From: Auanema rhodensis
Lineage: Eukaryota > Animalia > Nematoda
Assembly (NCBI GenBank): GCA_964057225.1
Contig: OZ059897.1
Span: 434,001 to 498,000 of the forward strand
DNA length: 64,000 nucleotides
Reading direction: 5' to 3'
The notes under the pieces are model-generated. The model saw nothing but the letters and a program-made list of their open reading frames with translations. It did no database searches and was not told the DNA's origin. Of the stretch, positions 53,097 to 64,000 are shown piece after piece. Each line of letters opens with the position of its first letter. Positions within the stretch are counted from its first letter, which is position 1. A program made the translations under genes and the position numbers.

Positions 53097-56040
53097 AAAT
53101 TATCGAAAGATGTACAAATTATACTAGAGTATCAGTAAACATTTAAAATATGAACAGGTTTCAACAAAAGTAATATCAAGTCATGATAAAATCAAGTATT
53201 AAAAACAAAAAAAAAGTATCAAGAAGGATTTTATGTAAGAAAACATGAAGAAATTTTAACAAATACAAAGAAGAATGAAAAAATTATCAAGAGATGCATA
53301 ACGTATTATAGAGTATCAGTAAACATTTTAAATATGAACAGGTTTCAAAAAAAGTTATAACAAGTCATGGTAAAATCAAGTTTTAAAAGCAAAGAAGAAG
53401 TATCAAGAAGGATTTTCAGTAAGAAAACATGAAGAAATTTTAACAAATACAAAGAAGAATGAGAAAATTATCAAGAGATATATAACGTACTATAGAGTAT
53501 CAGTAAACATTTTAAATATGAACAGGTTTCAAAAAAAGTTATAACAAGTCATGGTAAAATCAAGTTTTAAAAGCAAAGAAGAAGTATCAAGAAGGATTTT
53601 CAGTAAGAAAACATGAAGAAATTTTAACAAATACAAAGAAGAATGAAAAAATTATCAAGAGATGCATAACGTATTATAGAGTATCAGTAAACATTTTAAA
53701 TATGAACAGGTTTCAAAAAAAGTTATAACAAGTCATGGTAAAATCAAGTTTTAAAAGCAAAGAAGAAGTATCAAGAAGGATTTTCAGTAAGAAAACATGA
53801 AGAAATTTTAACAAATACAAAGAAGAATGAGAAAATTATCAAGAGATATATAACGTACTATAGAGTATCAGTAAACATTTTAAATATGAACAGGTTTCAA
53901 AAAAAGTTATAACAAGTCATGGTAAAATCAAGTTTTAAAAGCAAACAAGAAGTATCAAGAAGGATTTTCAGCAAGAAAACATGAAGAAATTTTAACAAAT
54001 ACAAAGAAGAATGAGAAAATTATCGAAAGATGTACAAATTATACTAGAGTATCAGTAAACATTTAAAATATGAACAGGTTTCAACAAAAGTAATATCAAG
54101 TCATGATAAAATCAAGTATTAAAAACAAAAAAAAAGTATCAAGAAGGATTTTATGTAAGAAAACATGAAGAAATTTTAACAAATACAAAGAAGAATGAAA
54201 AAATTATCAAGAGATGCATAACGTATTATAGAGTATCAGTAAACATTTTAAATATGAACAGGTTTCAAAAAAAGTTATAACAAGTCATGGTAAAATCAAG
54301 TTTTAAAAGCAAAGAAGAAGTATCAAGAAGGATTTTCAGCAAGAAAACATGAAGAAATTTTAACAAATACAAAGAAGAATGAGAAAATTATCGAAAGATG
54401 TACAAATTATACTAGAGTATCAGTAAACATTTAAAATATGAACAGGTTTCAACAAAAGTAATATCAAGTCATGATAAAATCAAGTATTAAAAACAAAAAA
54501 AAAGTATCAAGAAGGATTTTATGTAAGAAAACATGAAGAAATTTTAACAAATACAAAGAAGAATGAAAAAATTATCAAGAGATGCATAACGTATTATAGA
54601 GTATCAGTAAACATTTTAAATATGAACAGGTTTCAAAAAAAGTTATAACAAGTCATGGTAAAATCAAGTTTTAAAAGCAAAGAAGAAGTATCAAGAAGGA
54701 TTTTCAGTAAGAAAACATGAAGAAATTTTAACAAATACAAAGAAGAATGAGAAAATTATCAAGAGATATATAACGTACTATAGAGTATCAGTAAACATTT
54801 TAAATATGAACAGGTTTCAAAAAAAGTTATAACAAGTCATGGTAAAATCAAGTTTTAAAAGCAAAGAAGAAGTATCAAGAAGGATTTTCAGTAAGAAAAC
54901 ATGAAGAAATTTTAACAAATACAAAGAAGAATGAAAAAATTATCAAGAGATGCATAACGTATTATAGAGTATCAGTAAACATTTTAAATATGAACAGGTT
55001 TCAAAAAAAGTTATAACAAGTCATGGTAAAATCAAGTTTTAAAAGCAAAGAAGAAGTATCAAGAAGGATTTTCAGTAAGAAAACATGAAGAAATTTTAAC
55101 AAATACAAAGAAGAATGAGAAAATTATCAAGAGATATATAACGTACTATAGAGTATCAGTAAACATTTTAAATATGAACAGGTTTCAAAAAAAGTTATAA
55201 CAAGTCATGGTAAAATCAAGTTTTAAAAGCAAACAAGAAGTATCAAGAAGGATTTTCAGCAAGAAAACATGAAGAAATTTTAACAAATACAAAGAAGAAT
55301 GAGAAAATTATCGAAAGATGTACAAATTATACTAGAGTATCAGTAAACATTTAAAATATAAACAGGTTTCAACAAAAGTAATATCAAGTCATGATAAAAT
55401 CAAGTATTAAAAACAAAAAAAAAGTATCAAGAAGGATTTTATGTAAGAAAACATGAAGAAATTTTAACAAATACAAAGAAGAATGAAAAAATTATCAAGA
55501 GATGCATAACGTATTATAGAGTATCAGTAAACATTTTAAATATGAACAGGTTTCAAAAAAAGTTATAACAAGTCATGGTAAAATCAAGTTTTAAAAGCAA
55601 AGAAGAAGTATCAAGAAGGATTTTCAGTAAGAAAACATGAAGAAATTTTAACAAATACAAAGAAGAATGAGAAAATTATCAAGAGATATATAACGTACTA
55701 TAGAGTATCAGTAAACATTTTAAATATGAACAGGTTTCAAAAAAAGTTATAACAAGTCATGGTAAAATCAAGTTTTAAAAGCAAAGAAGAAGTATCAAGA
55801 AGGATTTTCAGTAAGAAAACATGAAGAAATTTTAACAAATACAAAGAAGAATGAAAAAATTATCAAGAGATGCATAACGTATTATAGAGTATCAGTAAAC
55901 ATTTTAAATATGAACAGGTTTCAAAAAAAGTTATAACAAGTCATGGTAAAATCAAGTTTTAAAAGCAAAGAAGAAGTATCAAGAAGGATTTTCAGTAAGA
56001 AAACATGAAGAAATTTTAACAAATACAAAAAAGAATGAGA
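53097..56040. repeat. SatB 5-monomer higher-order repeat (920 bp) with a 2-monomer interruption
   Basis: Marker ttttatgtaag (atgt) at 53233, 54153, 54521 and 55441 gives spacings of 920, 368 and 920 bp. Confidence 0.85.
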
Positions 56041-57502
56041 AAATTATCGAAAGATGCATAACATATTATAGAGTATCAGTAAACATTTAAAATATGAACA
56101 GGTTTCAAAAAAAGTAATATCATTTCATGGGGAAGTATTAAAAGCAAAGAAGAAGTATCAAGAAGGATTTTCAATAAGAAAACATGAAGAAATTTTAACA
56201 AATACAAAGAAGAATGAGAAAATTATCAAGAAATGTATAACGTATTATAGAGTATCAGTAAACATTTAAAATATGAACAGGTTTCAAAAAAAGTAATATC
56301 AATTCATGGGAAAATCGAGTTTTAAAAGCAAAGAAGAAGTATCAAGAAGGAATTTCAGTAAGAAAACATGAAGAAATTTTAACAAATACAAATAAGAATG
56401 AGAAAATTATCAAGAAATGTACAAAGTATACTAGAGTAAATAATTATTTACTACATGAACAAGATACGAGAGAAAGTAATATCAAGTCATGATAAAATCA
56501 AGTATTAAGAACAAAAAAAAAGTATCAAGAAGCATTTTCAGTAAGAAAACATGAAGAAATTTTAACAAATACAAATAAGAATGAGAAAATTATCAAGAAA
56601 TGTACAAAGTATACTAGAGTAAATAATTATTTACTACATGAACAAGATACGAAAGAAAGTAATATCAAGTCATGATAAAATCAAGTATTAAAAACAAAGA
56701 AGAAGTATCAAGAAGGATTTTCAATAAGAAAACATGAAGAAATTTTAACAAATACAAAGAAGAATGAGAAAATTATCAAGAAATGTACAAAGTATACTAG
56801 AGTAAATAATTATTTACTACATGAACAAGATACGAAAGAAAGTAATATCAAGTCATGATAAAATCAAGTATTAAAAACAAAAAAAAAGTATCAAGAAGCA
56901 TTTTCAGTAAGAAAACATGAAGAAATTTTAACAAATACAAATAAGAATGAGAAAATTATCAAGAAATGTACAAAGTATACTAGAGTAAATAATTATTTAC
57001 TACATGAACAAGATACGAAAGAAAGTAATATCAAGTCATGATAAAATCAAGTATTAAAAACAAAAAAAAAGTATCAAGAAGCATTTTCAGTAAGAAAACA
57101 TGAAGAAATTTTAACAAATACAAATAAGAATGAGAAAATTATCAAGAAATGTACAAAGTATACTAGAGTAAATAATTATTTACTACATGAACAAGATACG
57201 AAAGAAAGTAATATCAAGTCATGATAAAATCAAGTTTTAAAAGCAAAGAAGAAGTATCAAGAAGGATTTTCAGTAAGAAAACATGAAGAAATTTTAACAA
57301 ATACAAAGAAGAATGAAAAAATTATCAAGAGATGCATAACGTATTATAGAGTATCAGTAAACATTTTAAATATGAACAGGTTTCAAAAAAAGTTATAACA
57401 AGTCATGGTAAAATCAAGTTTTAAAAGCAAAGAAGAAGTATCAAGAAGGATTTTCAGTAAGAAAACATGAAGAAATTTTAACAAATACAAAAAAGAATGA
57501 GA

Positions 57503-59505
57503 AAATTATCGAAAGATGCATAACATATTATAGAGTATCAGTAAACATTTAAAATATGAACAGGTTTCAAAAAAAGTAATATCATTTCATGGGGAAGTAT
57601 TAAAAGCAAAGAAGAAGTATCAAGAAGGATTTTCAATAAGAAAACATGAAGAAATTTTAACAAATACAAAGAAGAATGAGAAAATTATCAAGAAATGTAT
57701 AACGTATTATAGAGTATCAGTAAACATTTAAAATATGAACAGGTTTCAAAAAAAGTAATATCAATTCATGGGAAAATCGAGTTTTAAAAGCAAAGAAGAA
57801 GTATCAAGAAGGAATTTCAGTAAGAAAACATGAAGAAATTTTAACAAATACAAATAAGAATGAGAAAATTATCAGGAGATGTACAAAGTATACTAGAGTA
57901 AACTATTATTTATTCCATGAACAGGATACGAAAGAAAGTTATAACAAGTCATGGTAAAATCAAGTATTAAAAACAAAAAAAAAGTATCAAGAAGCATTTT
58001 CAGTAAGAAAACATGAAGAAATTTTAACAAATACAAATAAGAATGAGAAAATTATCAAGAAATGTACAAAGTATACTAGAGTAAATAATTATTTACTACA
58101 TGAACAAGATACGAAAGAAAGTAATATCAAGTCATGATAAAATCAAGTATTAAAAACAAAGAAGAAGTATCAAGAAGGATTTTCAGTAAGAAAACATGAA
58201 GAAATTTTAACAAATACAAAAAAGAATGAGAAAATTATCGAAAGATGCATAACATATTATAGAGTATCAGTAAACATTTAAAATATGAACAGGTTTCAAA
58301 AAAAGTAATATCATTTCATGGGGAAGTATTAAAAGCAAAGAAGAAGTATCAAGAAGGATTTTCAATAAGAAAACATGAAGAAATTTTAACAAATACAAAG
58401 AAGAATGAGAAAATTATCAAGAAATGTATAACGTATTATAGAGTATCAGTAAACATTTAAAATATGAACAGGTTTCAAAAAAAGTAATATCAATTCATGG
58501 GAAAATCGAGTTTTAAAAGCAAAGAAGAAGTATCAAGAAGGAATTTCAGTAAGAAAACATGAAGAAATTTTAACAAATACAAATAAGAATGAGAAAATTA
58601 TCAGGAGATGTACAAAGTATACTAGAGTAAACTATTATTTATTCCATGAACAGGATACGAAAGAAAGTTATAACAAGTCATGGTAAAATCAAGTATTAAA
58701 AACAAAAAAAAAGTATCAAGAAGCATTTTCAGTAAGAAAACATGAAGAAATTTTAACAAATACAAATAAGAATGAGAAAATTATCAAGAAATGTACAAAG
58801 TATACTAGAGTAAATAATTATTTACTACATGAACAAGATACGAAAGAAAGTAATATCAAGTCATGATAAAATCAAGTATTAAAAACAAAGAAGAAGTATC
58901 AAGAAGGATTTTCAATAAGAAAACATGAAGAAATTTTAACAAATACAAAGAAGAATGAGAAAATTATCAAGAAATGTATAACGTATTATAGAGTATCAGT
59001 AAACATTTAAAATATGAACAGGTTTCAAAAAAAGTAATATCATTTCATGGGGAAGTATTAAAAGCAAAGAAGAAGTATCAAGAAGGATTTTCAATAAGAA
59101 AACATGAAGAAATTTTAACAAATACAAAGAAGAATGAGAAAATTATCAAGAAATGCATAACGTATTATAGAGTATCAGTAAACATTTAAAATATGAACAG
59201 GTTTCAAAAAAAGTAATATCAATTCATGGGAAAATCGAGTTTTAAAAGCAAAGAAGAAGTATCAAGAAGGAATTTCAGTAAGAAAACATGAAGAAATTTT
59301 TAAGAATACAAAGAAGAATGAGAAAATTATCAGGAGATGTACAAAGTATACTAGAGTAAACTATTATTTATTCCATGAACAGGATACGAAAGAAAGTTAT
59401 AACAAGTCATGGTAAAATCAAGTATTAAAAACAAAAAAAAGTATCAAGAAGCATTTTCAGTAAGAAAACATGAAGAAATTTTAACAAATACAAATAAGAA
59501 TGAGA
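57503..59505. repeat. SatB 4-monomer higher-order repeat (729 bp = 179+184+183+183), about 2.75 copies
   Basis: Marker atcaggagat at 57871, 58600 and 59329. Confidence 0.85.
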
Positions 59506-60605
59506 AAATTATCAAGAGATATATAACGTACTATAGAGTATCAGTAAACATTTTAAATATGAACAGGTTTCAAAAAAAGTTATAACAAGTCATGGTAAAA
59601 TCAAGTTTTAAAAGCAAAGAAGAAGTATCAAGAAGGATTTTCAGTAAGAAAACATGAAGAAATTTTAACAAATACAAAAAAGAATGACAAAATTATTGAA
59701 AGATGTACAAAGTATACTAGAGTATCAGTAAACATTTAAAATATGAACAGGTTTCAACAAAAGTAAAATCAAGTCATGATAAAATCAAGTATTAAAAACA
59801 AAAAAAAAGTATCAAGAAGCATTTTCAGTAAGAAAACAGGAAGAAATTTTAACAAATACAAAAAAGAATGAGAAAATTATCAAGAGATGTACAAAATATA
59901 CTAGAGTAAAATATTATTTATTCCATGAACATGATACGAAAGAAAGTTATAACAAGTCATGGTAAAATCAAGTATTAAAAACAAAAAAAAGTATCAAGAA
60001 GCATCTTCAGTAGGAAAACATGAAGAAATTTTAACAAATACACAGAAGAATGAGAAAATTATCAAGACATATATAACGTACTATAGAGTATCAGTAAACA
60101 TTTTAAATATGAACAGGTTTCAAAAAAAGTTATAACAAGTCATGGTAAAATCAAGTTTTAAAAGCAAAGAAGAAGTATCAAGAAGGATTTTCAGTAAGAA
60201 AACATGAAGAAATTTTAACAAATACAAAAAAGAATGACAAAATTATTGAAAGATGTACAAAGTATACTAGAGTATCAGTAAACATTTAAAATATGAACAG
60301 GTTTCAACAAAAGTAAAATCAAGTCATGATAAAATCAAGTATTAAAAACAAAAAAAAAGTATCAAGAAGCATTTTCAGTAAGAAAACAGGAAGAAATTTT
60401 AACAAATACAAAAAAGAATGAGAAAATTATCAAGAGATGTACAAAATATACTAGAGTAAAATATTATTTATTCCATGAACATGATACGAAAGAAAGTTAT
60501 AACAAGTCATGGTAAAATCAAGTATTAAAAACAAAAAAAAGTATCAAGAAGCATCTTCAGTAGGAAAACATGAAGAAATTTTAACAAATACACAGAAGAA
60601 TGAGA
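59506..60605. repeat. SatB 3-monomer tandem duplication (550 bp)
   Basis: Marker aattattgaa at 59691 and 60241. aaaacaggaag and gcatcttcagtagg recur at the same offset. Confidence 0.85.
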
Positions 60606-63600
60606 AAATTATCAAGAGATATATAACGTACTATAGAGTATCAGTAAACATTTTAAATATGAACAGGTTTCAAAAAAAGTTATAACAAGTCATGGTAAAA
60701 TCAAGTTTTAAAAGCAAAGAAGAAGTATCAAGAAGGATTTTCAGTAAGAAAACATGAAGAAATTTTAACAAATACAAAAAAGAATGAGAAAATTATCGAA
60801 AGATGCATAACATATTATAGAGTATCAGTAAACATTTAAAATATGAACAGATTTCGAAAAAAGTAATATCATTTCATGGTAAAATCAAGTTTTAAAAGCA
60901 AAGAAGAAGTATCAAGAAGGATTTTCAATAAGAAAACATGAAGAAATTTCAACAAATACAAATAGGAATGAGAAAATTATCAAGAGATGTACAAAGTATA
61001 CTAGAGTAAACTATTATATATTCCATGAACATGATACGAAAAAAAGTTATAACAAGTCATGGTAAAATCAAGTATTAAAAACAAAAAAAAAGTATCAAGA
61101 AGCATTTTCAGTAAGAAAACATGAAGAAATTTTAACAAATACAAATAAGAATGAGAAAATTATCAAGAAATGTACAAAGTATACTAGAGTAAATAATTAT
61201 TTACTACATGAACAGGATACGAAAGAAAGTAATATCAAGTCATGATAAAATCAAGTATTAAAAGCAAAGAAGAAGTATCAAGAAGGATTTTCAATAAGAA
61301 AACATGAAGAAATTTCAACAAATACAAATAAGAATGAGAAAATTATCAAGAGATATATAACGTATTATAGAGTATCAGTAAACATTTAAAATATGAACAG
61401 GTTTCAAAAAAAGTAATATCATTTCATGGGGAAGTATTAAAAACAAAGAAGAAGTATCAAGAAGGATTTTCAGTAAGAAAACATGAAGAAATTTTAACAA
61501 ATACAAATAAGAATGAGAAAATTATCAAGAGATGCATAACGTATTATAGAGTATCAGTAAACATTTAAAATATGAACAGGTTTCAAAAAAAGTAATATCA
61601 TTTCATGGGGAAGTATTAAAAGCAAAGAAGAAGTATCAAGAAGGATTTTCAATAAGAAAACATGAAGAAATTTCAACAAATACAAATAAGAATGAGAAAA
61701 CTATCAAGAGATGTACAAAGTATACTAGAGTAAATAATTATTTACTACATGAACAAGATACGAAAGAAAGTAATATCAAGTCATGATAAAATCAAGTATT
61801 AAAAACAAAAAAAAAGTATCAAGAAGCATTTTCAGTAAGAAAACATGAAGAAATTTTAACAATTACAAATAAGAATGAGAAAATTATCAAGAAATGTACA
61901 AAGTATACTAGAGTAAACTATTATTTATTCCATGAACATGATACGAAAGAAAGTTATAACAAGTCATGGTAAAATCAAGTATTAAAAACAAAAAAAAAGT
62001 ATCAAGAAGCATCTTCAGTAGGAAAACATGAAGAAATTTTAACAAATACAAAGAAGAATGAGAAAATTATCAAGAAATGTACAAAGTATACTAGAGTAAA
62101 TAATTATTTACTACATGAACAAGATACGAAAGAAAGTAATATCAAGTCATGATAAAATCAAGTATTAAAAACAAAAAAAAAGTATCAAGAAGCATTTTCA
62201 GTAAGAAAACATGAAGAAATTTTAACAATTACAAATAAGAATGAGAAAATTATCAAGAAATGTACAAAGTATACTAGAGTAAACTATTATTTATTCCATG
62301 AACATGATACGAAAGAAAGTTATAACAAGTCATGGTAAAATCAAGTATTAAAAACAAAAAAAAAGTATCAAGAAGCATTTTCAGTAAGAAAACATGAAGA
62401 AATTTTAACAAATACAAATAAGAATGAGAAAATTATCAAGAATTGTACAAAGTATACTAGAGTAAATAATTATTTACTACATGAACAGGATACGAAAGAA
62501 AGTAATATCAAGTCATGATAAAATCAAGTATTAAAAACAAAAAAAAAGTATCAAGAAGCATTTTCAGTAAGAAAACATGAAGAAATTTTAACAAATACAA
62601 ATAAGAATGAGAAAATTATCAAGAAATGTACAAAGTATACTAGAGTAAACTATTATTTATTCCATGAACATGATACGAAAGAAAGTTATAACAAGTCAAG
62701 GTAAAATCAAGTATTAAAAACAAAAGAAAAGTATCAAGAAGCATTTTCAGTAAGAAAACATGAAGAAATTTTAACAAATACAAGGAAGAATGAAAAAATT
62801 ATCAAGAGATGCATAACGTATTATAGAGTATCAGTAAACATTTAAAATATTAACAGGTTTCAAAAAAAGTAATATCATTTCATGGGGAAGTATTAAAAGC
62901 AGAGAAGAAGTATCAAGAAGGATTTTCAGTAAGAAAACATGAAGAAATTTTAACAAATACAAAGAAGAATGAAAAAATTATCAAGAGATGCATAACGTAT
63001 TATAGAGTATCAGTAAACATTTAAAATATGAACAGGTTTCAAAAAAAGTAATATCATTTCATGGGGAAGTATTAAAAGCAAAGAAGAAGTATCAAGAAGG
63101 ATTTTCAATAAGAAAACATGAAGAAATTTCAACAAATACAAATAAGAATGAGAAAATTATCAAGAGATGTACAAAGTATACTAGAGTAAACTATTATTTA
63201 TTCCATGAACATGATACGAAAGAAAGTTATAACAAGTCATGGTAAAATCAAGTATTAAAAACAAAAAAAAAGTATCAAGAAGCATTTTCAGTAAGAAAAC
63301 ATGAAGAAATTTTAACAAATACAAATAAGAATGAGAAAATTATCAAGAAATGTACAAAGTATACTAGAGTAAACTATTATTTATTCCATGAACATGATAC
63401 GAAAGAAAGTTATAACAAGTCAAGGTAAAATCAAGTATTAAAAACAAAAGAAAAGTATCAAGAAGCATTTTCAGTAAGACAACATGAAGAAATTTCAACA
63501 AATACAAAAAAGAATGAGAAAATTATCGAAAGATGCATAACATATTATAGAGTATCAGTAAACATTTGGAATATGAACAGGTTTCAAAAAAAGTAATATC

Positions 63601-64000
63601 AATTCATGGGGAAGTATTAAAAGCAGAGAAGAAGTATCAAGAAGGATTTTCAGTAGGAAAACATGAAGAAATTTTAACAAATGCAAAGAAGAATGAGAAA
63701 ATTATCAAGAAATGTATAACGTATTATAGAGTATCAGTAAACATTTAAAATATGAACAGGTTTCAAAAAAAGTAATATCAATTCATGGTTAAATCGAGTT
63801 TTAAAAGCAAAGAAGAAGTATCAAGAAGCATTTTCAGTAAGAAAACATGAAGAAATTTTAACAAATACAAATAAGAATGAGAAAATTATCAAGAAATGTA
63901 CAAAGTATACTAGAGTAAATAATTATTTACTACATGAACAAGATACGAAAGAAAGTAATATCAAGTCATGATAAAATCAAGTATTAAAAACAAAGAAGAA

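Larger units (their letters stand above)
50728..64000. repeat. Satellite DNA array B, 179-184-bp monomer, about 72 tandem copies (continues beyond window end)
   Basis: aaattatc(aaga/gaaa) recurs at 53281, 53465, 53649 (184 bp) and at 56404, 56587, 56770 (183 bp). 179-bp copies have catggggaagt in place of catggtaaaatcaagt. Hand count of 53341-53524: A93 T46 G29 C16. No similarity to SatA seen on either strand. Confidence 0.98.

Noticed and set aside
63566-63748. 60-aa K/E-rich ORF in SatB
   Set aside because: It is a chance open frame in one A-rich monomer with a TTG start. Other copies contain stops and most monomer lengths shift the frame.
1-64000. Assignment to a named satellite by length (e.g. 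Drosophila 359-bp, Tribolium 340-360-bp, Arabidopsis CEN180, alpha satellite)
   Set aside because: Only the lengths are similar. I do not recognise sequence homology and cannot run a search.

Overview
The window is entirely non-coding tandem satellite DNA, almost certainly eukaryotic heterochromatin. I see no credible gene, RNA gene, transposase or CRISPR array. Positions 1-50698 hold about 144 head-to-tail, same-orientation copies of a 351-bp monomer (SatA; about 32% GC, rare 350/352-bp variants, rich in dyad symmetry). These are organised into local variant domains and nested higher-order duplications (4-, 6-, 19- and 57-monomer offsets). Positions 50728-64000 hold about 72 copies of an unrelated 179-184-bp monomer (SatB; about 50% A and 25% GC on the + strand), with two subfamilies, chimeric monomers and short 3-5-mer higher-order repeats. 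The two arrays meet abruptly through a 29-bp filler (50699-50727) built almost wholly from short copies of both flanks, which looks like a templated-insertion end-joining scar. The ORF track is an artefact of the repeats. I cannot identify the host or the satellite families from sequence alone. The most notable items are the junction scar, the hairpin architecture of SatA and the layered array history. All counts were made by hand.
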